Shown here piece after piece: positions 55,567 to 64,000 of a stretch of DNA of 64,000 bases; positions within the stretch are counted from its first letter, which is position 1, and each line of letters opens with the position of its first letter. The notes beneath the pieces are model-generated. The model was not told the origin of the DNA, ran no database searches, and saw only the letters and a program-made list of their open reading frames with translations. Source of the DNA: an uncultured Chloroflexia bacterium (GTDB taxonomy: Bacteria; Chloroflexota; Chloroflexia; Thermomicrobiales; JALYUS01); contig CAWJZC010000009.1 in NCBI GenBank assembly GCA_963847195.1, positions 17,812-81,811 of the forward strand, written 5' to 3'. A program made the translations under genes and the position numbers.

Positions 55567-56838
55567 CTATCGCGAGGGCGGTAGCGGGCTCGGGTTGCCC
55601 AGCGGCTGCCCCGCCGGTTGCCGCGACCCCGGCAGTGGGCTCGGCCCCCCCGATCCCCCGCCCCCCGGCTGCGGTGCGGGCAGCGCGCTCGGCGTCAGCA
55701 CCGTGAACACGAGCGCGGCCGTCGCGCCGCCCAGCGGGTCCGCCACCGTCACCTGCGCCGTCCCCCCGTGCGCGGTCAGCGTGGCCGGCACCGTCGCCGT
55801 CAGCGTCGTCGCCGAGACGAAAGTCGTCGCCAGCGGGGTGCTATTCCACTCGACCGTCGCGCCGTTGACGAAGTTCGTGCCCGTCACGGTGAGGGTGAAG
55901 GCCGGGCCGTCGGGGGCGACGCTGTTCGGGGAGAGCCCGGCGATGGTCATCGTCGTGGCGTGGGTGACGGTGAAGGTGGCGGGCAGCGAGGCGCCGCCGT
56001 TCGGGTCGGGGTTGATGACGAGCACATCGAGCGCGCCGCGGTAGAGGAGGAGGTCGGCGGGGATGGTGGCGTGTAGTTGCGTGGCGGAGTCGACGGCGGT
56101 GGCGAGCTGGACGCCGCCGTAGGAGAGGACGGAGCCGGCCACGAACCCCGTGCCCGTCGCCGTCAGCGTGAAGGCGGGATCGCCGGTATGGGCGCTGGTG
56201 CGCGATAAGCTCGTGATCGTGGCGGGATGACCGTCGTGGGGGTTGAGGTTGGTGATCGTGTAGGTAACGGACTTGGTGATGCCGTCGATGGAGAGGGTGC
56301 GGGTGAAGGTGCCGGGGATGCCGTTGGAGGCGACGGGCGGGGCCATGATGATGCCGTGGGCATCGGTACTGGCGATGTAGTCGCCGGTCGGGGAGGAGGA
56401 TACGGTCGTCCGTATCGGCGCGCCCCCGCTGGCGTTCTGAGCGGGATGAGAGACCGGGGACTGCGACGAAGACTTGGCGGCGCCCATCTGGGCGATGTTA
56501 CCGCCGCCCGAGGCGACGAGGCTGCCACCGTCATTACTGATAACGCTTCCGCCGTCATGGGAGACGACGCTCCCACCGTCATGGGAGACGACGCCGGCGC
56601 CGTGCTCGCTGATGATGGTCCCGCCGCTGTTGCCGACGAGCTCGCCGCCGACGCTGCCGACGAAGCCGGTTCCCTTGCCGGTGAGGATGCTGGGCACGGG
56701 AACTCTCCCTGCATCCAGGACCTGGCACGGCGGCGGCACAAGGAGCGCGCCCGGGACGGCGAGCATGCTCAGCGAACCGCTGCAGGCGAGCGCGCTGTTC
56801 GCTGGTGCCGGGCGGGGCAGCGCAAGCACAAGCGTCAC
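55567..56838 (-). CDS. secreted IPT/TIG-domain protein with short (V/I)S(H/N)DGGS repeats
   Basis: 423-aa intact ORF. The start overlaps the upstream stop (ATGA). Repeats: GGTIISEHGAGVVSHDGGSVVSHDGGSVISNDGGSLVASGGGNI. Two IPT/TIG-like modules follow (ITSLSRTSAHTGDPAFTLTATGTGFVAGSV...; IAGLSPNSVAPDGPAFTLTVTGTNFVNGAT...), then a Pro/Gly tail. Confidence 0.7.
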   Translation of the reverse strand: MTLVLALPRPAPANSALACSGSLSMLAVPGALLVPPPCQVLDAGRVPVPSILTGKGTGFVGSVGGELVGNSGGTIISEHGAGVVSHDGGSVVSHDGGSVISNDGGSLVASGGGNIAQMGAAKSSSQSPVSHPAQNASGGAPIRTTVSSSPTGDYIASTDAHGIIMAPPVASNGIPGTFTRTLSIDGITKSVTYTITNLNPHDGHPATITSLSRTSAHTGDPAFTLTATGTGFVAGSVLSYGGVQLATAVDSATQLHATIPADLLLYRGALDVLVINPDPNGGASLPATFTVTHATTMTIAGLSPNSVAPDGPAFTLTVTGTNFVNGATVEWNSTPLATTFVSATTLTATVPATLTAHGGTAQVTVADPLGGATAALVFTVLTPSALPAPQPGGGGSGGPSPLPGSRQPAGQPLGNPSPLPPSR

Positions 56839-59563
56839 CGGGTCGAAAAGCCACCATCGCCGGCGCCCGCACTACTCGGCGGGTTATAGACCGTGATGGT
56901 CGCCGTTGTGTCAGCGGTAATACCGTTGAACATTCCGGCGGAGCCTGAGACGTAGACGGTCAGATCGGTTGCGCTGTTGTACGTCGTGTCCATTCGGATA
57001 GATGGATCGAGCCCATGCTGGAAGTATGCAGTCGTGCCGAGTACTTGCGAGACGAAGCCCGCCCCGGTGACGTGGATCCCGTAGTTCATATTCGGGTCGA
57101 TGATCACCATCGCCGGGCTGAGGCCGGGCGGCTGTTGTGCCGCCGCCGCGCTGATCGCCGGTCCTTGCTTCGCGGCGCTGGTCGTCCGCGCCGGGATGAC
57201 CGGGTTGATCGTCGGTTTCGGCACACTGGGGATGATCGTGAGCGTGTAGGTCGCGCCGAGCGCGGTGCCGTCCGCCGTCGCGGTGACGGTGAAGGAACCG
57301 ACGGTGCTCGACGGGTAGAGGCTGATCGTGCCGGTCTGACCGGCGGTCGTGCCGGCCACCGTGCCGTCATTCGTCGTGGTATGGAGGATCGTGCTGGTGG
57401 GGCCGGCGGCCTTGAACACGCCGCCCGCGCCGCCGTTCGTATTGACGATGAAGGTGATGCCGGTGGGCGGGATGGGGTTGCCGTTGCCGTCCACGACGGC
57501 GGCGGCGAGGTGAAAGGGGGTGCCGGAGTAGTTATTGGCGGCGGGGCTGGCGACCGTCTGCGCGCCGTCGCCGAAGGTCGCCCGCACGGAGGCTTGCGCG
57601 CTCCACGACGAGACGGTCGCCGTCCCGGTCTGTGCCGCCCCGCCGAGGTTGCCGATCGCCCCGCCGACGACGACCGGGTCGCCGGTGGGGGGGTCGTCGC
57701 CATCACCACGCTCTCTCCGTAATAGTCTCCTGCCTGACCACTCAATTCGGGCAGCGACGATTGCGCGTAGGCAGTCCCATCCTGCGTGAAGATCAGCACG
57801 CCGTCCGCCGGGTTGCCGGTGCGCGCGTTCTTCCCCGGTGCGCCGACCGCGACGAGCGTCTGGCTGTAGCTGTAGCCGACCGCCACCGATCCGCCGAACG
57901 CGTCGGGGTTCGCCCCATCCGCGTCGACGAGCCTGGTCGTCGTGTATGACGTGCCGGAGCCGGTGAAGACAAAGACCGAACCGGCCGGGTGATATCGGTC
58001 GCCGAGCGGGGGGTCGCTGTAGGCGACGGTGGTGATGCCGTTCAGGATCCCGACCGCGACCACATGGCCGATGTTGGTGTTCGCATTCGGCTGACCATTC
58101 GACGCGGTCAGGCCCACAGCGCTATAATTCGTCCCGCTCCCCGTGAAGACGAGGACCGACCCTTGGGTGTAACCGCCGGCGGAGACCGATTTCATGGGTA
58201 CGCCGACTGCCAGCGTGTTCGTGCCGCCATTGCTCACGAGCGCGACGCTGTAGCCGAACTGCTCACCGGCGACGCCGGTCGGGTCGTCCAACTCGAGTTG
58301 CAGCGGATACGTCCCCCCGCTACCGGCGAACAGGTAGACCGAGCCCTGCCCGAGGTTCGCGCCCGCCGCGTGGGCGTACGCGCCGACCGCGATGATCGTC
58401 GTCCCGCCGTTCGTCGCCGCAGCGACGCCGAAACCGAATTCGTCGCTCCCATTGCTGTAGGTCGGATCAGGTGCGACGAGTCGGGCCTGCTCGGTGTAGG
58501 CACCGCCGCTGCTCGTGTAGACGTACGCCTTGCCCAGGTTGAATGTGCCGACCACGACGGTCGTCGTCCCGCCACCGACCGTGACCGCCACCGATTGGCC
58601 GAAATGGTTCTGACGAGCCCCGTCGCTGGCGACCAAACGCGCCTGCTGCGTGTACCCGCCGCCGCTGCCGGTGTAGACGTAGACCGCCCCCTGATCGTCC
58701 TGTGTGCCGACCCGCTCCCCGGGCGCGCCGACGACGACTGTGGTCACGCCGTTCGCCGTGGCGATGGCGGTGCTGATGCCGAAGAGGGCGGCGGTATTCC
58801 CCGCCGGCGTCTGCGGCGCGAGGGCGGCCTGGGTGATGAGCGGGTCGATTGTCACCGGCCATTGCGCGCCGCGAGCATCCACCGCGATGCGGATCGCGCC
58901 GTCCGCCGTATCGAGATGGGCCGGGAGCGTCGCGCCGGTGGCGTCCATCGCCGTCAGGTCACTGTAACGCAGACCGCCGATCATAAGCGCGGTATCGGCC
59001 TGTGTCGCAGTCGCGTCCGTGACCGCAAGCGCGAGGGCGAACCGCGCCGCACCGGCGGGCGGGGCATCGAGGGTGAAGCCCTGTTCCATGCCATTCGGCC
59101 CGTTGATGTACCACTCGGTCAGCCCATCGCGCCGGTACTCGACGCGTAGGCCATGAGTGGTCGGGGGAATTGCGACAAGGGGGATGTTCTCGTCCGCCGT
59201 GCTGAGCGCGGTCGCGCGCATCGTCCACACCGGGCCACCGACGGGCGCGACATTGATGCCGTCCGCAGTGAAGGTGGTCGCGAACCGCTGGGCGGGGTTG
59301 TCCGCCCGCAAGGTATCGGGCGAGGAGGCGAGCGCGGCATAGCCCTGCCCGCTATCGGCGGCGAGGGTGGCATTGAGGACGGGGCCGAGGCCGGGCGGCA
59401 GGGTCTGCGTCGTCTGGGCCGGTTGCGCTGCTGCCGGGGCGGCGTTCACCGGGGTCGTGGCCTGCTGCACGGGTTGTGTGACCCACTGATACTGATGCGC
59501 GACGGGTGGCAGCGCGGTAAAGAACAGCGTGCTCAGAACGGCGGCGACCGCCAGACAGATCAT
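56835..59563 (-). CDS. secreted FG-GAP (integrin-alpha beta-propeller) repeat protein with Big_1-like and IPT-like C-terminal domains; one frame break
   Basis: ORF 57104..59812: signal/TM MICLAVAAVLSTLFFTAL (ATG 59563; alternative GTG 59611), then about 7 repeats of FG.SVA....G..T.VVGAP......G.VYVFTGSG..Y. After ...YYGESVVM the frame breaks near 57700. It continues in ORF 56835..57587 (...FHLAAAVVDGNGNPIPPTGITFIVN...). Confidence 0.8.
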
Positions 59564-60149
59564 CTGCCGGTGGACGCGGGGCGAGATGAGCGCCGGGTTG
59601 AGGGAGAGCACGGTCGATCCTTTCGCGGGGCTGCGGCGGCGCAGTCGCCACCGACAAGACGAGGAGGACCGACCGGATTCAGATGCGCGCCTGTTCGTGC
59701 CCGAAAGCCACGGGTCGCGTGTGGAATCACTCGCTTCTCGCGCACCAGCACCGAGGAAGCCGCTCAGTCCCATTGTATGAACGCTTGCCGACCAGATTTG
59801 TGACGCCCTCATAGAGATTGTCTATTCGTAGGTATGCCAGCATACAACAATAGCGGAAAGGGCAATTTCTTCATCGCGCTGATTGCTGTAGGCTGATTCG
59901 TGCCAATCCTGATGCGGGTTTCGCCACAGGCAGTATTCTCCGTAGCCTGTCCTAGCACCCTCTACATCAGCGACCCGCGACCGTGGCAGCTTCCTATTCG
60001 TTGGGGCGATCACGCCGCAGTCGGCGACCGGGTGGGACCCGATTGTTAGAAGGTACGATTGACGACGCTCGGCGCTGCGGATAGTCTTGGCCGGTGGGAG
60101 CGGAAACGCCGGCGCCCGCGCGAGGGATTGCGGCAAGGGAGACGATTAC

Positions 60150-61307
60150 ATGCTCGATTTCTTCGCGGTCGAGGGACTGCTGACGCCGGAGCAACGCGCA
60201 ATCCGGGAGACGACGCGCCGCTTCGTGGACCGCGAGGTGCTGCCCGGCATCCGCGCGTGGTGGGACCGCGACGAGTTCCCGCTCCATCTCGTCAAGACCT
60301 TCGCCGAACTGGGCGTCCTCGGGGCGAACCTGCCGGAGGAGTACGGCTGCGCCGGGATCGATAACGTCGCCTACGGGCTGATGATGTACGAGTTGGAGCG
60401 GGGGGACAGCGGGCTGCGCTCGTTCGCCTCGGTGCAGGGCGCGCTGGTGATGTATCCGATCTACACCTACGGCTCGGAGGAGCAGAAGCGCCGCTACCTG
60501 CCGGAACTGGCCGCCGGGCGGCTGATCGGCTGCTTCGGCCTGACCGAGAGCGACGGCGGCAGCGACCCCGGCGCGATGCGCACCCGCGCCCGCCGCGATG
60601 GCGACGGCTGGGTGCTGAACGGCTCCAAGATGTGGATCACCAATAGCCCCGTCGCCGACCTCGCCGTCATCTGGGCGAAGGATGATGAGGGCACCGTGCG
60701 CGGCTTCCTCGTGCCGACCGACACGGCAGGATTCAGCGCGCCGAAGATCACCGGGAAGATGAGCATGCGCGCCAGCATCACGGGCGAGGTCGTCTTGCAG
60801 GACTGCCGCATCCCCGGCGACGCCATCCTGCCGGGGTCGGGCGGCCTGCGCTCGCCCCTCGGCTGCCTGACGCAGGCGCGCTACGGCATCGCCTGGGGTG
60901 CGCTCGGCGCACTTGAGGCGGTCTACACGACCGCAAAGGAGTATGCGACGACGCGCACGACCTTCGGCAAGCCGATCGCCGCGCGCCAGCTCGTGCAGGA
61001 TAAACTGGTGCGCATGGCGACCGACCACAGCCTCGGCCTCTTGATGGCGCATCAACTCGGCGCGCTCAAGGACGCGAAGCAGATGAGTTTCGCGCAGGTC
61101 TCGATGGCGAAGCGCAACAACGTCCGCGTCGCCCTGAACGGCGCGCGCCTCGCCCGCGAAATCCTCGGCGGCAACGGCATCACGACCGAGTACCCCGTCA
61201 TCCGCCACATGCTCAATCTGGAGACGGTCGATACCTACGAGGGCACGCACGACATCCACACGCTCATCGTCGGTCGGGAACTCACCGGCCTCGGCGCGCT
61301 GGAATAA
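60150..61307 (+). CDS. acyl-CoA dehydrogenase, glutaryl-CoA dehydrogenase-like
   Basis: GGGAGA + ATG 60150 (MLDFFAVEGLLTPEQRAIRETTRRF). It has GCFGLTESDGGSDPGAM, WITNSPVADLAVIWAK and TYEGTHDIHTLIVGRELTG. Intact. Confidence 0.85.
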   Translation: MLDFFAVEGLLTPEQRAIRETTRRFVDREVLPGIRAWWDRDEFPLHLVKTFAELGVLGANLPEEYGCAGIDNVAYGLMMYELERGDSGLRSFASVQGALVMYPIYTYGSEEQKRRYLPELAAGRLIGCFGLTESDGGSDPGAMRTRARRDGDGWVLNGSKMWITNSPVADLAVIWAKDDEGTVRGFLVPTDTAGFSAPKITGKMSMRASITGEVVLQDCRIPGDAILPGSGGLRSPLGCLTQARYGIAWGALGALEAVYTTAKEYATTRTTFGKPIAARQLVQDKLVRMATDHSLGLLMAHQLGALKDAKQMSFAQVSMAKRNNVRVALNGARLAREILGGNGITTEYPVIRHMLNLETVDTYEGTHDIHTLIVGRELTGLGALE

Positions 61308-61315
61308 GCGGAGGC

Positions 61316-63188
61316 TTACGGGCGCGGCAAGGCGTAGACCTGGACATAGTCGAAGGCTGCGGTGAACCCGGCGCCGCCCATCGACACCAGGCCGATGCGG
61401 GCATCCCGCCCCAGCGCATCGGTCCAGGTACTGCCCTGGAGCCACCGGGCGCCATCGCGGCTCGAATAGGCGGTGTAGGTCTCTTCGCCATAGCGCGTGC
61501 GCTTGACGATCCGCAGGTAGATCGACGTGGCGGCCGGCCCGACTACCGCGTTCCCCTCGTGCGGCGTCCGTCGCGGCACCGGCCCGACCGCCTTGGTGAA
61601 GACGATCTGCCGCGTCTCCTCGACGGAGAGGTGCGCGAGTTCGAGATAGTTGTTGTCGTCGCCGTAGATCACCAGACCGGCCTGCACGAAGTTCTGGCAG
61701 CAGCCATCGGGCGGCACATCGAGCTGCATGCGCGTCTCCACGGCGTAATCCCCCGCCGGCGTCGGTTCGGTCAGGACGCTGGCGGTATGGTCGGCCAGAC
61801 CTCCCGGCTGCGTCGCGAAACGCAGCGTCCCGTCCACCAGCCCGACGGTGTCGGCGGCAGGCGGGCGTATCCATGCCCACGATCCGGGCGGGACGGCGGG
61901 GTCCATGGCGGCGCCATCGGTCGGTAGGGCGGCGAAATCGACCGAGAGCGCGTCGTCGAGCGGCCCGAGCGGATCGGGCTGCGCGAGATCGACCGCGGTA
62001 TTGATCCCCCCGCCCGGCCGCATCGCCGGGGCTCGCTGTGGCGTATCGGAAGGGCCGAGGCCGCCATGCACGACGGGCCAGCCGTCGAGCCAGTCGAGCC
62101 GGTCGAGGAGCGCCGGGCGCTTGGTCGCGGTGCTGCCCGCGAAGTATGGATCGGTCCGGTCCACCGCGTGATAGAGCAACCAGTCCTGCCCCGCGCCGTC
62201 GGTGAAGACCGTGCCGCCCCCGCCCGATCCACCGGTTGCCGTTGGCGCTCAGGACGGGCGTGCCGCCGACCTGACCGGCGAGCAGCGGCACCCCCTCGCG
62301 ATCCGTGTACGGCCCGAGGATGTCCGTGGCGCGCCCGGCGAGCACGCCGTATCCCGAGAGGGGGCCGTTGCAGCACTCGCCCGCCGAGGCGAACAGGAAG
62401 TAGTAGTCTCCGTGCTTGACGACCGCCGTCGCTTCGTACCGGTTTGCGCTCGCGATCCGCACCTCGCTGGCAGGATCGGTGTGCAGGCCATCGGACGATA
62501 AGCGTCGCGCCGAGATGCCGCCGATGAAACTGCCATAGAAGAGGTAGCGCTGCCCCGCGTCGTCGGTGACGACCGCCGAGTCGAAGACCCAGCGCCGATC
62601 CGGCCCGCCGCTCGGGTCGGCCTGCGGTTCGACGACCGGGCCGCCGCTGTCCGTCCAGGGCCCCGTCGGGGTCGGCCCGGTGGCGACGCCGATCGCGCTC
62701 TCCCGCGCCGGGAGCCGCCGGCCAACAATGGTGTAGTAGAGGTAATACTGGCCGTTGAAGTATTGGACATCCGGCGCCCAGAGCCCGCTGAATGTATCGA
62801 ACCACTGCGGGCGCGCGTTGAAGGCGTCGCCCACATAGGTCCACTCGATCAAGTCGCGCGAGCGGAGCATAGGGATGAAACGGTCGTTGAGCCGGCCATT
62901 CGCGTCGCGATCGGCGCCGTTCAGCGGGTTGTCCGTGCAATAGACGTACCAGAATTGATCGCCGAGTTGCTGGCCGCGGATAATGGCCGGGTCCGCGCAA
63001 CTCTCGAACGGCCCGGTGGCGGTGGGGAGGATGCGGAGCGGATTCGTGTAGAGGCGTGCGGCGGGCGCGTTACCCCCGCATCCTCCCAGGAGCGACGCGA
63101 TCAGGGCGACGATAAGGGGGAGGCGCACAGGAGCCGACACCCGCAATGGGCGGGCGCGCGAGATGTGACGGTGAAGATGGTCGACCAT
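61316..63188 (-). CDS. glycoside hydrolase family 43 lipoprotein with C-terminal concanavalin-like (GH43_C2/LamG-like) domain; one frame break
   Basis: N-terminal third of ORF 59994..63188: lipobox LIASLLGGCGG, ADPAIIRG, WAPDVQYFNGQYYLYYT, YEATAVVKHGDYYFLFASAGECC. After ...SANGNRWIG a shift near 62210 leads into ORF 61316..62179 (LLYHAVDRTDPYF...LDWLDGWP...). The rest of the 1064-aa ORF is antisense to the ACAD gene. Confidence 0.8.
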
Positions 63189-63532
63189 CCAGACTCTCCA
63201 TCGCGATGCGGTGTATCACGCCGACAGGATGCAGATATGCAGCCGCGCCCGCGTCTCACACGAGTCTACGCTCTGATCCCACGTCGGCTCTCCACCGGAG
63301 CGCCGCCGCCATCATACCGTATCGGCCATGGGAGCGTAGCCGCCCGCTGTGCCACCGGCGGCGCACCGGTCTCCCCGCGTGCGGGCGCGTCACAACCGCC
63401 GTCCTCCGCCGTTAATCCTTGTAGGGCGGGGACTTTTTACCAACCCCTCGCGGGGATGCGCGTCTACGATTAGTATTCTGTGTGGGCAAGCGTGGGCAAG
63501 CGGCGGACCGCGACGTGAGGTGACAACGAGCG

Positions 63533-64000
63533 ATGCGAGGAGATGTTGAGCGGTTCGATAGAGACGCGCGCGCGCCCGGAGCCCTGCACGCCGAGGCAAT
63601 CCTCCCCTTTCCGCTGCCCGTGCCGCCCACGCGGGGCGACGGCAACCTGCTCGGCACGCTACGCCGGGGAGGGCGCCGGTTCACGACCGGGGGGCGCTGG
63701 TCGGAAACGCTCGCGCTCGTCGTCCTCGCGCTCGCGCTCGCGTTGCTGGTCGGCAAGGCGGTCGGGGTAGCGCGCTATGAGGCGGCGATTCTCGGCTACC
63801 CCTTCCAGCGGGATGACGCGGAGGGCGTCATCCTCGCCGAGGCGAAGATGATCGCGCAGGGCACGGACCCGTACGCCTACCAGCCATCCCCGGCCCACCA
63901 TTTCTACGCGGGGCCGTACACCCCCCTCTACACCGCCATCAACGCCGCTGTCGTGTGGATCGCGGGCCCGACCTTCGCGGCGGGCCGCGTCGTGCAATTG
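63533..64000 (+). CDS. polytopic membrane protein, possibly GT-C-like, 5' part only (runs off window)
   Basis: My own translation from ATG 63533; it is not in the ORF track because no stop is reached. It reads MRGDVERFDRD...RWSETLALVVLALALALLVGKAVGVARYEAAILGYPFQRDDAEGVILAEAKMIAQGTDPYAYQP...YTPLYTAINAAVVWIAGPTF: a TM helix, then an acidic first loop. Confidence 0.4.
   Translation, partial: MRGDVERFDRDARAPGALHAEAILPFPLPVPPTRGDGNLLGTLRRGGRRFTTGGRWSETLALVVLALALALLVGKAVGVARYEAAILGYPFQRDDAEGVILAEAKMIAQGTDPYAYQPSPAHHFYAGPYTPLYTAINAAVVWIAGPTFAAGRVVQL

Noticed and set aside
59822-60136. 104-aa ORF in the long intergenic region
   Set aside because: It has no recognisable motifs, signal or RBS, and it lies in a compositionally non-coding-looking stretch. 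It is kept only as part of the intergenic-region finding.
59994-61300. C-terminal two thirds of the 1064-aa ORF 59994..63188
   Set aside because: Only the N-terminal third (GH43 domain) is real. After the frame break near 62210 the ORF merely stays open in junk frame and then runs antisense through the acyl-CoA dehydrogenase gene.
63482-63501. Direct tandem repeat GTGGGCAAGC x2 upstream of the last gene
   Set aside because: Only two copies exist, with no further instances in the window. This is too little to call a regulatory site.

Overview
64 kb of very GC-rich (by eye about two thirds G+C) bacterial chromosome. It holds about 50 protein genes and one riboswitch. I found no rRNA/tRNA, no transposase/integrase/phage genes and no CRISPR array. 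Surface and metabolic content (LPXTG-anchored CopC, CSLREA/beta-helix and FG-GAP/IPT exoproteins, Tat-lipoprotein solute receptors, LLM-type oxidoreductases, DinB proteins) plus the hairpin repeats suggest a monoderm, Chloroflexota-like organism; this is inference only. Left to right: two tandem peptide-type SBP genes; cdaA-cdaR; FAD monooxygenase; dnaB + DnaC/DnaI-like loader; rplI; ndh; orphan parB; four co-directional polytopic membrane-protein genes (three share one N-terminal ectodomain, one is GT39-like); acyl-CoA DH / SelA-like PLP enzyme / Ldh_2 dehydrogenase; a CSLREA beta-helix exoprotein; an 11-kb minus-strand catabolic operon (GntR, sugar ABC SBP + 2 permeases, 2-hydroxyacid DH, E1alpha/E1beta/E2, SDR, ketopantoate-reductase-like); LLM oxidoreductase, second Ldh_2, SDR, two HAD hydrolases, DinB; a cobalamin-riboswitch operon (alpha-toroid exoprotein, DUF4430-like anchored protein, EcfT-EcfA-EcfA' fusion, S component); DinB, CopC-LPXTG, split lipoate ligase, SMP-30 lactonase, LLM, IPT/TIG and FG-GAP exoproteins, glutaryl-CoA-DH-like, GH43 lipoprotein, partial membrane protein. 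Two window-wide peculiarities stand out. (1) Several families of short hairpin repeats (inverted arrays of tandem heptamers, CCCCTTCCC-N3-GGGAAGGGG-type palindromes, long purine/pyrimidine-arm hairpins, perfect 21-23 bp stems) fill most intergenic gaps, and also sit in frame inside membrane-protein loops and domain linkers. (2) Roughly forty single-base frame breaks are strongly clustered: none in about 8.0-13.7 kb or 25.2-32.3 kb, but 4-6 each in E1alpha, both Ldh_2 genes and one LLM gene. The best candidate for an undescribed system is the B12-riboswitch operon. Its two exported proteins look like the two halves of a transcobalamin/intrinsic-factor-type corrinoid binder encoded separately and coupled to a dedicated ECF importer. 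All functional calls come from motif reading of the supplied translations and my own hand translations; no database search was run.
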